Below, one piece after another: positions 1 to 13,320 of a stretch of 64,000 nucleotides of DNA. Each line of letters begins with the position of its first letter. Position 1 is the stretch's first letter. This DNA is from Vicugna vicugna. Its lineage: Eukaryota. The stretch is taken from NCBI GenBank assembly GCA_013265495.1, contig MU062062.1:2090747-2154746 (forward strand), written 5' to 3'. Made by a program: the position numbers and the translations under genes. The notes under the pieces were generated by a model. The model worked only from the letters and a program-made list of their open reading frames with translations. It was not told where the DNA came from and did not search any database.

Positions 1-123
1 TCCCATGTGAGGCCCTGCCCTCATGACCTCATCACCTCCCAGAGGCCCCGCCTCTGACTCCATCACCCGTGGGTCAGGTTTCAACACACGGATTTGGGGG
101 ACACAAACTCTCAGTCCATAGCA
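1..123 (-). mobile_element. MaLR solo LTR fragment (MLT1A-like), cut by window edge
   Basis: ctcatgacctcatcacctccc...ttcaacacacggatttgggggacacaaactctcagtccatagca matches the reverse complement of the MLT1A 5' end as recalled. Confidence 0.75.
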
Positions 124-1599
124 CAGTATTTTACTTCCCCCTTACAGCCCCCATTTAGCGGGTTTTCTGGGGACATTGAGCCAACATGAAATATACACAT
201 GACGTGAGCACATCATCAGAGGGGCCGGCAGAGCCCGGGGGCAGCGCGGGTGACCTCCGAGGGGTCTCCTGGGGGGTCAGGGGCCGGCAGAGAGGACGGC
301 ACGTTTGCCGTGAAACGTGGGTCTGAAAACTGAACAGTTTTGCTTTGAAAAGTAGAATCTCGATGGCAAAATAATTATCAAAATAACTTCAAAATCATCC
401 AAGCTGCTTCAAGGGAGAAACAGACTTAGAAATCGCCCTGTTGCTTAATTGGGACAATTATTTAAAGTCGATCAGAGGCCAGGGGTACAGGACAGACCCG
501 CATCTTTAAAGAACCCCCCTTAAAAACCTACTTTTCCTCATCAGGGCAAATTTCGTTTAAAAAATTACATGCAGGGAGAGAATCAGATAAATTGCCCTTG
601 AAATTTCTCCATTCTCATTTGGCGAGAGATAAATCCTGTGCTCCGCGCTGGAAGGATTATGGGTTGGTTTTCATTCCCTCGCCCTGGGAAGGCCTGTAAT
701 TACAGGGACCATATTTTCTGAACCAAACGCCAGGACAGCTGACCTGACAAGAACACGTGTATTTATAAAGACAATGGGGTGAGATACTTGAAATGGAAAA
801 AGGCCCGTGAAAGCTGGAGCTGCCGTGAGCAGCTCTGACTCAGAAGTCCTCGGGCCTGGAGGCCTTCCTCACGGTGCCGTCCCTACAGCGTCTCTTTGTC
901 GAGGCTGGAAGTGCAGAATTGTTGCCGAAGCGGTTTCTTTGTGGCGCCTTCGTGACACACGCAGACTCTGATTTTAAAGGAGCCGATTCAGTTGGTCAAG
1001 AATAACCCCTTTCCTCTGTCTTTGTAAAGATAATCGAAGCAATGGAATATAGAATGTTCAAATTAGCACCTAAGTATGGCCGCAAAAGCTGTCGGCATAC
1101 TGTATGCAAAATTACCTTTCTCACGTTTGGTCCACCGGGTACTGGGTTCTCTCCCTTTCTAAGCGAATCTGATGTTACACTGTAAGAGCTGTGCGTTGAG
1201 GAGCCGTTGCGTGCGCTGCTAGGCAGTTCTTCGTTTCGCAGAGCTTTCTCCATGAGGTTCTCTTAGGTGGGTCTCCCAGTCACTGAAGGGTTTACAGATG
1301 GTCCTCAGCAGTGAGGGGAAGAAGGCAGGAGATGTAAGGGGGAACCTCCGCCAGAGGGGGCTCCTGATCAGGGCCAGGTCCCTGGGGCTGTGGAGTGCAG
1401 GCGGCAGGAGAAGATGGGGGATGTTCCAGGAAGGCAGATGAGCTGCCACTGTGTCCTTGCAAGGGGCCAGAATCATGGAGCAGAGGCGGCTCCTGTGGGG
1501 ACTGGACAGGGCAGAATCGCTCAGACGTTCCTGGGAGGCGGGCTGTTCGCGGAGGGCAGTGGTCAGTGTTTGGGATGACACACTCAGCGAGCCCTCTGG

Positions 1600-1945
1600 C
1601 TTGCACAGGTCAGCACCAGCCTTGTAACGAGCATCCCCAACAGCCCTCAGACAGCAGACGTTCACTGTCCTGGAGGCTGGACGTCCCAGGTCAGGGAGTT
1701 CGCAGGCTGCTTCCTCCCGAGGCCCCTTTCCTGGGTGTAGACACGTCTTCTCCCCATGTCCTCACATGGCCCCCCTGTGTCTGTGTCCTAACCCCCTCTT
1801 ACAAGCACACCCACCAGTCTCATGGGTTCAGGCCGCCCATGTGCCTCTTCCTAACTTAATCACACCTTTAAAGGCCCTGTCTCCATGTACATTCTGAGGT
1901 CCCGGGGTTGGACCTCCCACCTTTGATGCTGGGTTCGATGCACTG
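1600..1945 (-). mobile_element. Degenerate MaLR (MLT1-type) solo LTR
   Basis: Contains tcctggaggctggacgtcc, gtcctcacatggc, aacttaatcacacctttaaaggccctgtctcca and cattctgaggt, all MLT1 blocks. Boundaries are approximate. Confidence 0.65.
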
Positions 1946-4339
1946 CACTCCGTAATCGGGAGTAAAATCAGGGGGTGGAGGAAGAGTGGGGAGCAGAAGG
2001 GTGGAGCCTGGACAGAGGAGACCCAGCAGACGTGGGGACGGTGGCAGTGCTGGCGAGAGGCCAGGCATCCAGGGACGAGGGCTCCACAGGACCAGTGACA
2101 GGCGTCAAAGCCCAGAAAGAAAAGGGCCCTCCGTGGGGCCTCCAGCCCCCAGCCAGGAGCTTCTCCTGGGGACACTGGGAAGGGAGAGCCACCGCAGCTC
2201 CCCAGCAGGGCTGACTCAGCTTCCTTCCCTGTGCTGCTTCTGTAATGAATAAAATCATGCAATTAATTAATACGCAAAAGCAAAGAGGCTGATTTCACGG
2301 ATTCGCCGTTAAATCAGGGAAGACGTGGTCTGTGAGCAACTCCAGGGCTCCCTGTGCAGGACTTTCACTGAGGGACCAGCGTGTCGCTGCGTCCAGAAGA
2401 TTCATGACGACCGTGCACCAGGGCCAAAGCGTGTGCTTCGCAGGCGGAAGTGTCCGCAGGAACCTTGGATGTGGCCTCCATCCTCCCCACAGAGGCTGGC
2501 AGTCAGGCGGATACATAAACACGTAAATGTGTGTCCGTCGGAGCAGAGCAGAGGCCCCGCCGGGAAGCACTGAGCTTTTCTGCGTGTGGGTTAATGAGGT
2601 GTGGCTTCGTCCTCGTCCTGACTGGAGGAGGCACCACAGCGGCAGCATCAGAAGAGAGAGTCCGGCCAAGCTGGGGGCCCTCGTCCTCATCGATCAGAGT
2701 CTCCCCTGACGTGGGGTAGCGCTGGCAGATTTCCATGACTCGAACAGGCCCTCCGGGCGACTTACCTTCTGCAGCAAAGCTCAGGCCTGCGTCTTTCTAT
2801 ATTTATTTTTATTTCAGTTGCCAGAAAATTATTCTCTTCAGTTTTTTGGTAGTTTGACTGGTTTCATTTCATTCAGGCAATATGTGTTTGGGGCAAAAGC
2901 CTGAGAGCTCCCAGGAATCATGAGATGCAGTCTCTTCTCAAGAAAAGGGATTGACCCTTCTCGGGCGCCCAGTGCATCCTGTTTTTCCTAAAGACGTCTC
3001 GAGCTTTCATCTCACCCAAAGTAAAAGGTTAAATCGGTGCACGTTGAGGGGGCGGCAAGAAGGGGCTGCTCACGGCCTTTTTTATCACCGGCGGTGCCTC
3101 TTTTCCACCCTGTTGGGGAATCGTGTCGAGTCTCCCCCAGAAGACCCCACAGACGATGCTGATTATACTGGTTTGAAATACCTGGTAATGCCTGGAATTA
3201 TACAGTTACCTCAGCTCAGTTAATTTGCCAGGAAAAGTTATACACATGATGATAACAAAATGATTTATTCTGAACGTCCTATTACAGACGAAAGTCTAGA
3301 ACCGCTCATTTACGAAGGAGCTGGTCACTTACAAGCCAGCGCAGTCCTTAAAGTGACACGTAGTAAAGAAAACAGAATTCTTCTACGGGACTGGGTTCTG
3401 TCGCTTGCATTCGCGTAACACGCGTTTGTGTGCTGGTGGTTGAGAAGGTGAATGTTCCCAGATGCAAACACTGCTTGCTTTTGGTGAATTCTGTAATTGG
3501 ATGAACTAGAAGTAGGTCTGTATCCATGAAGAAATTGAGAAATTGGCAATCATAAATGACCCAATTCCTTAAAAAAAATAGTAAGAATATTAATTTTTAA
3601 ACATTGACAATCCCAATTGAAAAAGCTTTTCTGATGCTGTGGAAATGTTGGATCCAACACGGTAAATGTTTTCAGAGAATAAAAAGGTTAATTCCAAACA
3701 TACTGTTAGCTCTGACCAAAGCTTAAGTTCCCATAAAAGAAGTCAGATTGGTTTTGTCTGTGAGTTATTATTCGATCATTGCTTCTGTTTTCTTTGTTGT
3801 TGTTGTTTTTTTTTCATTTTTATCTACTCAGGTCTGGCTTAGTCCACAGACACACAAGTGATTCAATATTATCAAAATCTGAAGTCGCTGGCACCCTAAG
3901 CCAGCAAATCTTTATTTCCTAATTATTTTGCTCATCATAATCATTATAAATTAACATTTTAAATTCAGAGAGCGGCTATTATTAAATACATATCGAATGA
4001 TTAAACTTCTTCCAGGTGGCGCTGGATTTGCATCTGGCAAGAACAGGGAAGCATCTGCTCCTTAACAAACCGCCTCCTCCTCACCTGCAGGCCCTGCTCA
4101 CAAGCGCCTGCTGACTCCTGGTGCATGTGAGCAGCAGTGAGGCTTCGCGTATAGACAGACTGCACCAGAGAACGCCACGCAGTTCGGGGACAGCGGAGCG
4201 CCTCTCCCCGTGGAGAGGGGAGGAAGCTCCGTAGAACCTGATTCCAGCGCCGGGCATGGCAGGCCAAGCTCTGCAACGTGACTAAGCTCGTTTAGAACGT
4301 CCCCTGTGGCTGGTCGACAGTAAGGTGTCATCCGGGGAA

Positions 4340-6930
4340 AGAGATGTTTTACTTTTTCCTTTCAATCGTGGATGCTTCTTGTTTTTCTAGCCTGGTTGCT
4401 CTGACCAGGACTCCGTACGGGACTCCGTAGCAGTAGCGACAGCAGGCATCCTCGCCTTGCTCCTAACACAGAGAGGCGCTGCCCTTGCACCCCGAGTGCG
4501 ATGTTAGCTGTGGGCTCTTCACGTGCGGCCTTTGTTAGTCAGTGTTGGTTCCTTTCATTCCTAGATTGCCAAGTGCTTTTTATCACGAAAAGGCTTTGAA
4601 TTTTGTTAAACAACTATTCTGCATCAGCTGAAGAGCACATTTGGGCCTTATTCTTACCTGCACTTTGCTGATGGTGCGTATCTTGCCAGTTGATTGCCCG
4701 TGTTGGTCTGTCCCTGCATTCCGGTTGGAAGTCCCACCTGGTCGTGGCGTGTTACCCTTTTCTTGTGCTATTGGACTGTGGCCTCCAGTATTTCGCTGAG
4801 AACTTTTGCGTCGATATTCATCGGGGATCTTGGTCTGCAGTTTTCTCACAGTCTTCATCTGGCTTTGGTGTCAGGATGATAATGGTCTCATGTAAGTTAA
4901 GAGAATACTCTCTCCTCAGTTTTTTGAAAGAGTTTGAAAGGGATTTGGTATTATTTCTCTTTAAAATGTTGGTAGAATTCGCCGAGGAAGCCATTTGGTC
5001 CTGGGCTTCTCTTTGTTGTGAGTTATTTGATGAATGACTTAATCTCCTCACTAATTACAAATCTGCTCAGATTTTCTGTTTCTTCATAATTCAATCTTGG
5101 TAAGTTATGCTTCTAGGAATTTTTCCACTGCATATAGATTATCCTATTTGTGTGTAATTGTACCATCTTGTTTATTTCTGTAAAATGTGTAGCGACATCC
5201 CCTTTCTATTTCTGGCGCTAGTTATTTCAGTCTTTTTTCCAGACAGTCTAGCTAAAAATGCGTTGATTTTGTTGATTTTTTTTAGAAGAAGCAAATGTTG
5301 GTTTTATTGGCTTTTTCTACAAATTTTGCAGCCTCTGTTTCACCTCTGCTCAAATCCTTATTATTTCTTTCCATCAACTACCTTTGAGTTCAGTGTGTTC
5401 TCCTGTTCTTGTTCCTGAAGGTGTAAAGTTAGGCTGTTGATTTGAGGTCTTTCTGTTTTTTAATGCACATGGTGACTGACAACTGTCAGTTTCCCTCTAG
5501 GCACCGCTTTCTCAGCATCCCATACTATTTGTTATGTTGTGTTTTCATCTTCATTTGTCTCAAAATAATTTCTAACTTCCCTTGTGATTTTTCCTTTCAT
5601 CCGTTTGTTATTTTAGGGTATGTTGTTTAATTTCTACATGTTTTTGGATTTTATAGTTTCCACCTGCTGTGGACTTTTAGTTTCATTCCATTGTGATCAA
5701 AAAAGGATATTTTGTACGATTTCCGTCTTCTTAGACTTTGTTTTGTCTCGCACATGGTCACTTTCGGAGGAGGTGCCACGCGTGCCTGAGAAAGCATGTG
5801 CTCTGCTCCTGCTGGGTGGGGTCCGTTAGGTCCTCCTGGCCTGCAGCCCGGCCCTGCCTCCTCGCGGATCCTCGTCTGGTTGCTCTGGTGATGCCTGGAG
5901 ACGGGGCCTCGGCGTCTCCTCTGCTGGTGTAGTTCGCTCTCGCTCCCTGCAACCCTGTCGACGTTTTCTCCCTGCGTCCGGAGCTCCGAGGCTTATTGCA
6001 CACGTACTTATAATTATTGTATCTTCTTGGTGCGTTGAGCTTTTGTCATTATATAATGTCCTTCTTCATCTCTCACGGCATTTTGACGTATTTTGTCGAA
6101 GACCAGGCTGGCCACTCCCGAGCTCTGCTGCTTCCCGCTGACATGGAGTGTCTTCTTCAGTCCTCTCGCTGTCAGCTTAATTTTGTTCTTATGTCTAAAG
6201 TGAGTCCCTCTATAGACAACGTTCAGCTGGATACTGTTCTTTTATCCGGCCTGCCGCTCTGTGTCTCCGAGGAGTCTGATCCATTCACATTCAAAGCGAG
6301 AGCTGACAGGGAGGGACTTAGGTCTGTCGTTTTGCTGTTCGCCTCCCGTACGTCTTGCAGGTTCGCCCCTCATTTCCTTCCTTACTGCATTCCTTTGTGT
6401 GCAGTTGATGTTTCCTAGTGACAAGTTTTGATTCCCTTCTCACTTCCTTGTGTGTATGTTTCATACACACTTTCTTCGTGGTTACCGTGGGAATGACGTA
6501 AAACATCGCAGAGTCATAACAAGGTGTTTTAAACTCACAGCCTGGCTGCAGGGGCACACGGACGCTCTGCTCTTTGATCGCCCTGCCCTCCGCACTTTGT
6601 TATTGGCTATTTATCAGGTCCTCATTAAGGTAGATTAAATTCTGTGAAAGAATGAAAAGTGGAATTTGCAAAGCAGAACTGCACGGCACTGCATTTACTT
6701 CTGTCCACGTGCTTAGTTTCAGTGGAGAACCTCCTGTTTTCATAGCTTCAAGCCACTGCCTTGCATCTTTTTATTTCACCTTGAAGTGCTCCTTGTAGCA
6801 TTTATTTCTGGGCAGGTCTGGTGGTAAAGAACTCTCTCGGCTTTGTTTCTCTGGGAATAACTTAATTCCTCCCTCGTTTTTGAAGGACAGTTTTGCTGGA
6901 TATAGAATTATCGGTTGGGAGTTGTTCTGG
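4340..6930 (-). mobile_element. Ancient L1M (L1MB/MC-like) fragment: ORF1 end, inter-ORF region and 5' half of ORF2, with frameshifts
   Basis: The minus-strand ORF 4818-5051 reads NILKRNNTKSLSNSFKKLRREYSLNLHETIIILTPKPDED, resembling L1 ORF2 [38 protein letters not shown]. Antisense L1 nucleotide similarity is continuous. Confidence 0.85.
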
Positions 6931-7940
6931 TTCAGATGCGACAGAAATCAGTCTTTCCAGACAAGCCACGCTCCTCCTTCACCAGAACCGCCCTGCTCGC
7001 GGCGTGGGGCTCCCTCCTGGGTGAGCGGCGCTTGGCTGCTGTGAGCCCTGACCGGCCTCCTGAGCCACTCCAGTCAGCTTGTTGCAGTTAACGCGGAGTT
7101 CCTGTGGAATTTGTGGCCCTCTGTCCTCCTGGCTGAGGGCCACGGTCACGCAGAGCAGCGGTGCCCAGCGCGCACCCTGGGCGGACCTGTGCCAGCGTCA
7201 CCTGGACGCCCAGAGGTGAAGGTTCTGGGGCCCACCCTGCCCTACTGGACCCGGCTCTCTGGGGAGGTCAGTGGGCCTTCGGGTGACTGTGAAGCAGGCT
7301 GGCTAACGTCTGAGCGCCTGTGCCATCAACTTCCGTTTGTTAGAAATTCTCCACGGTGAGGAAAAGAACTAGAAAATACAGAGAGAGAGAAAGCCAGATT
7401 CCCCCCTTAGTTGTTCAGACGTGGGCCCCAGACGTGATCTCTGTGGAAGCACAGGCTGGGGTTCGCGGTGTGTGTCACAGCAGACCAGGGCCTTCACGGC
7501 CGTCATGTCTGTGGAGGTGCTAAGTCATCAGGCCGCCGGAGTTCTGCAGCTGGAAAGTTTCCACCACAGATGAAGGCACACTCTGTTGTCTGACAGCCAG
7601 AGACGCTGCCTTTGAAGGAGGCCCTTGTCTGCCTGCAGGCCAGGCACCTGCCTCGGACCGCCGGGGACCGGACTCTGCTCTCCCGCTGTCTATGAATCCA
7701 GGTTTCTTGTTTCATCTTCTTTCCGGGCATCTGTCCTTTAACAAGCAGCTTAGATCATCTGTGACCTCTCTCTGAAAAATACAAAAGCCAGAGTCATTCT
7801 TCTCCATAAGTTTGTAAGCAAAATGCCTCAATTTCCCATCCGTCTCACCTGTGGTACAGAAACGAGGGCTGACTCTGCAGCGAGTCCTCCTGTAATGACT
7901 GCATGTTCCACCGCGCTCTTCATCCACGTCTGCAACCCCC

Positions 7941-8176
7941 TCCCCTGCACACCTGTCCCTTCCACCTGCACACCTGTCCCGTCCCTGTGCACACCTGTCC
8001 CTTCCCCCTGCACACCTGTCCCCTCCCTGTGCACACCTGTCCCCTGTGTGCACCTGTCCCCTTCCCTGCACACCTGTCCCCTCCCCATGCCTACCTGTCC
8101 CTTCCACCTGCACACCTGTCCCTTCCACCTGCACACCTGTCCCTTCCACCTGCGCACCTGTCCCCTCCCTATGCAC
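7941..8176. repeat. Minisatellite, about 11 copies of a 21-bp unit (TGCACACCTGTCCCTTCCACC)
   Basis: Tandem units are directly visible. The 21-bp period explains the CTPVPST/HTCPFHL repetitive ORFs. Confidence 0.95.
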
Positions 8177-9840
8177 AATCGTGGCTCCCACCCTGCGTGT
8201 GGATCTGAGAGTCCATGCCGTTTGCACTTGGACTGTGACCCTCCTGTGGCCTGTGAGCACCTGGTTCCATGGATGTGCATGCCCACTCCTGAGTAAGGCA
8301 CAGCACACCTGACTGCTTGTCTCCATCCCTAGAGGATGAATGTCCCTAAACACCCAGTTTTTATGTGATCCATCATCTTTCCCACAAAAAGGGGGGTCAC
8401 GTTCACTTACATCACTGGTTTGTCACTTCATCAAGTGTCTTATGTAATCTTACCAGGTGTTGCCTAAAGAAAAGTGTCCCATCACAAACTCTTTCCAGGA
8501 AATACTCATTAAGTAGAATCACACAGGTTGGTCCTTTTCTTCACTGCAGGACTTCTCAGAGCCTTTGTTAAGAAACATTGAGACTCTCCAAGAGGTGAGA
8601 ATATAATCATTTTCCGACTTCATTTGAACACACGTCTTTATCTTTGCTTTCCTAGGACAGTCTGAGGAGGACATGTGGCCGGCACTGTTGGCCCAGCTCG
8701 TCCCCTCGCCCCCCGCACCCTCTCCATGAGGACCGTAGGTTCTGGGCGCACTGTGTCCAGGAGCAGACGAGCTCGAGGCTCGGTAGTGCCCACCACCCCG
8801 GCGGCGCCTCGACCACCAGCCCTCACTTCCTGTCCACCCAGAAGCAAGGGGGTGAGTCTGTCTCCCAGGCCTGGGGGTCAAGCCCCGGGGGCACGCCCGG
8901 CGTCTCTCCTCTGTCCCCTCCCCGTCACCCCACCGAGCCCAGTGGGGCCTCTGCAGTCGGTCCACCTGCACTCGGATCCTCGTCTCGAATGTGCTTTGTT
9001 GGGGGAGTATCTAGGACAGTGGGTTCTCGTCCAGTCCCTCTGTGATCGACCTCAGTGGGGAAGAGCCGAAGTACCCGGTAAAGGCTGCGTCCCGGAGACG
9101 GGCGGCAGCCAGCACGCGGCCAGGACGCGTCCTGCGAGGCATCACCGGTGGGCCGAGGCCCACGCTCCGTGCGGCCAGCGCACACGGCAGCTGAGAAGAG
9201 GCATCGTTTTGGCCGCGGGAAGCCAGGCAGATGGAGGCCCCAGTGAGATGCTTCTGGAGCCGGCGAAAGCCGCCTGTATGGGGGGTGGTGATCTAAGAGA
9301 AGAGGGTGAACTGTCACCCATTCTTAAGGGCAGGAAAAAGACAGGCTGATCGCTGAGGATGAAGGCTCTGCACGGGGCGCCCCCCAAGGGAAGAGCGGGG
9401 TCCCCTTCACCCCCTGACTCGAGCACTCAGCACAGAGGTCCCCGAGAGCCCCGTCCGCTTCCACACGGTGTCACCGCCGAGCCCGTCCTGGCTGAGGCCA
9501 TCTCAAGGTCAGAGCGACGCGGTCAGAAGGCAGAGGCCACCCCGTCCCCGCCCTTGGTGGACAACTCACCCAAGTGTTTCTTCTCTGCGCGGGAAAGGAT
9601 GACTTTACTCGAGGTTAATAGTTACAGGTGAATCTGAACTCAGTGTCTGTAAAGTTCTTGCTTTGGCCGCTGAGCATCTAACAGAAATGAACTTGCCCCT
9701 GAGACACTGTCCGTATCCAGGCGGGGGCTGCTTGGCACGCAGCGCCCAGGGCGGCCGCTCTTTCTCCCTAGTACCGCTCATCTCCGCCGACAGGGGCCTG
9801 TTTTACACATCGGCCGTAGGCTTCTCTCTGGCCAAGACCT

Positions 9841-9926
9841 GGCTTCTGCCCCAGGAGTCTGAGCTGTGGCTTCTGCCCTGGGAGTCTGAGCTGTGGTTTC
9901 TGCCCCGGGAGTCTGAGCTGTGGCTT
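9841..9926. repeat. Three tandem copies of a 27-bp unit (GGCTTCTGCCCCAGGAGTCTGAGCTGT)
   Basis: Units at 9841, 9868 and 9895 differ by 1-2 substitutions. Confidence 0.95.
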
Positions 9927-11914
9927 TGCTGGTGCAGGGGGTCGTGGAAGGCGTGAAGTGAGAAGAAACAGGTCACAGGCGGGCACGGGGGAAGGGGAAG
10001 AAACCGATGAGGTAGTGGACTAGTGACTTCTCCTAATGCTTTAGTTTCAGGATGAAAGGGCAGCTGAGCAGCACGGACGATGAAGGACAGTCACCAGCAT
10101 CTAAAGGGGCACAGGCTCCACATGCGGCAGACGGGAATGAGAGGCACGAGGGCTGAGGGGACGAAGGGCAGGAGGTGGGCAGACGGGCAGGTGGCAGCAT
10201 GTCATGTGGTGTCACCATCAAGGGAGGGCTGGGGCGTCGGTCAGGGAGGGGACGGTCAGGGAGGGGACAGCCAGGCCCAGGTGGGGGCTCCAGGGTGATC
10301 AGGAAGCAGGGTGTTCACGCAGCACAGCGTTGCTCCCCGGAAGGTTCCCCTGGATTAGGGCCCCCATCTTCCTCTTAGTAAAACCCTGGAAACATTGTGA
10401 TTATGAGTGGCTAACCCGTTCCTGCCGCGTCCCCCGCCGCGTGACCCCAAGCACATTCCCCGCTTTCTGGGCTGCAGTTTATCCGCACGGTGGAAATACC
10501 ACCCCCGCTTCCTGCGTGTCTTTCCCGTTTTTCTCTCCGCTGTTCCTCTGTTTCTGAGTGAGGCGTGTAGCTCCCCTGGGAGGCTAACGGCTGCTCGCGT
10601 GGTGTCCAGTCGTACGGAGAGCACGCAGAAGGGCCGTCTGTCCGACACGTCACACAGTGCCCACGGCATGTCGTTTGACATGTTGTACTTCTGTTAGAGC
10701 CCCGAGGAAGGGCTGCAGATTCTTGACACAGGAAAGAGGAGTGAAAAGCCGTCTGGTGAACAGACAGCGTCCAGTCCCGGCCGTCCTCCTCGCTCAGAAG
10801 ACTGCTTGTCCCCACCTGGGAGTGAAAACGGGACCCTAGCTTCCTTAGTGTGTAACCGTTAGTGTCTCTCTGACGTGAAATGGGAGTCAGGACTGTAACC
10901 CTCCCAGCCCCCAGTGACCTCCGAGGTCGGGCCACTTTGATCCATGGTCCCGCGTCTTGTCACCACCCGCCGGCCATATCCTCAAGCCTGCGTGCCACCG
11001 GGGAGCCCGCTGGAAGGTGATCCCTCTCCACCCACCAGACGGGAGCTCCCGGATCGTGCGGCTGGTGCGGGGCTGGGGGTCACTGCCCCTCGGGCTTCCT
11101 GTGGAAGGACTCTGGGCAGCGAGAATCAGCTCAGCCCCCTTCCCCGGCGCAGGGCCACGGCCGGGGGTCTCACACTGCCTCCTCCAAGTCCACGGCACCT
11201 GCCATTCCACTCTGTCTTGCTCCCGTGTTGACTTTACTTTTCGGGTAAGGCTTTAAGTTCCACAACAGTTAAATTACCTAAAATGTACTTTCCAGACGTT
11301 TGGGTGGAGCTGTCGCTCCTGGAGGCCGGCTGACAACTTCCCGGCACCACCTGGTTCCATTCGTGTTTTACGATTAAGTGATTAAACAATCAACTTTCAC
11401 ATATTTTTCGAATGAAGCCAGGAGCTCGAAGAAACCAAGTGCTATAATTAAATAAGGAGAAGAATTGTGAAGAATGAAGTAGAACAATTGACAAGTACAT
11501 AGGCTGAAACCTCAGACAGAGGTACAAGTCAGAGACTTTGTAAGGAGCATTAGGGGTGGAAAAAAGTAGAATGCATAAATACGCAAGAAAGCAGCATTTC
11601 TCAAGATCTGCCATGAACCCGACACCGCAGCAGGTGAACCGCGTATGTTAGCATCGGACCCCAAGAGCAGCATCGGATGGATACGAATGACTACTTTTGT
11701 TTTTTAAGCCAAAGCACGAACTCCAGCTCCGGGAGCGGCAGCCGAGCCGGACGTGGGGCCCTGACCTCTGACCCCACAGCCAGTGCCGTCCCCGGGGGCA
11801 GAGCACCCCCATGGCCCCCAGGTGTGCGGGCAGGAGTGCACCCCAACATCTCTGCCCCCGCGCTCTCATCTGCACAGAGGGACTGATACTAACAGCAACG
11901 GTGTCCACCTCGTG

Positions 11915-11975
11915 GAGCAGTTGTGAAGATTAAATAAGTTAACGCACGGGGAGTCCTTGGTCAGTAAGGGCCCAG
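11915..11975 (+). mobile_element. MIR SINE remnant
   Basis: gttgtgaagattaaataagttaac resembles the MIR core gttgtgaggattaaatgagttaat. Confidence 0.45.
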
Positions 11976-12630
11976 CGGAGACCGGCCGGTGCGGCCCTCA
12001 CACCGTCGCTGTGTTCTGCGGGCCGTTCGGATGCCGTGCAGAGCCCTTCCCCTGTTCTCACAACACTCAGTGGAGACACGAAGGCTCCAAGGGACAAAAC
12101 GTCTCCCCCAGGGATTCTGTGCGGGAAGTGGACGGGCTGGACACAACCCCCACGTCCAGACCCATTGCCCTCGTCACCCAGTCAGCTCACGGGGGCACCT
12201 CCCCCAGCGTCTCTCCGTCCGTCTCCATTTCACACGAGACCAGAGTTCTCTGTTTCCTCCTTGCGAGTTCTGTGAGGAACAGAAACAAAAGAGACGATGC
12301 ACTATACTAAACTTTTCTGTTTTCTGTGTTTTTATCACGTCCAGCATAATGTTTGGCTGAGCTCTCATCGATCTTCCAGTTTTATTTCACAAGGACTGAG
12401 TGCCTCATTCTCAAGAGGGAGGCTCCATTTTATGAAAACAGCCGCAGTTGGCCGGCCGGCCGGCGAAGGCATACGTCTGGAATAACGCTGTCATGATTTG
12501 CGCCAGCAGAGCAGCTGTCAGATGGAAGTGTTGCTTTTCTTTCTGGTTTTGTCTCTCAGCTCAGCTCAAGCCTGCATGGCCCTGCCTGCCAGGCCTGTGG
12601 TGGGAGCAGTGGCTGAAACAGGAATCACCG

Positions 12631-12651
12631 ACACACACACACACACACACA
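12631..12651. repeat. (AC)10 microsatellite
   Basis: Directly visible. Confidence 0.98.
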
Positions 12652-13184
12652 GAGGGGATTTGAAATCTAAGATCAAAACATGGACCGGCCCAGATGTAGC
12701 CGTGGTGACACAGATAGGACACAACCGGGGTGACGTGTGACTGGAGAACGCGAGCAAACCTTGCCGACTCCAGAGGGAAGCCCCCGGCTCGTTCTCATCC
12801 CCCAGGAGGGCTTCAGCGAGCAAAGGGGGGGTACCTGCTGGGCCGGGCAGCGAGGAGAAAGGCTTTTCTGGAAAATGAAACAGCCCAGATGCTATATAAT
12901 GATGTAATTTAAATTTCATTTGCCTAATATAATATCCCTATGGGGTATTCAGCTTCACATTGATGAGAAAGTTATGGAAAGCTCCTATTTCAAGAATTTT
13001 TGTGTGAGCATTGCTTAAAATTCAACCTGCCGTTTGTTTGAATTTTGTTTCATTTTTTCAGTGTTAATGGAGTCGACATGTTAAGTATTCACGCTATTCA
13101 CTTAGGAATTGACTTACAATGTAGAATCAGGTGAATGATTTCTTGTCACTTCCACAGTATAAAAAGAGAACTCAGAAGAACAGA

Positions 13185-13320
13185 ATTAGTACAAGTTACT
13201 TAATTTCTCTAAGCCCAGGTCCTTCATCTGTGTAAAATGCTGAGAGCAAAATGCTGTTGTCAGCGTCAGTTTGAAAATTGAAGGAGGCCACCTGCACGAA
13301 TTACCTAGCACGCCAGCAAA
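13185..13320 (+). mobile_element. MIR SINE remnant
   Basis: caagttacttaatttctctaagcc...tcatctgtgtaaaatg matches the MIR core. Confidence 0.6.

Noticed and set aside
7712-8353. Repetitive ORFs (CTPVPST / EGTGVQV) in several frames
   Set aside because: These are an artefact of a 21-bp stop-free tandem unit.
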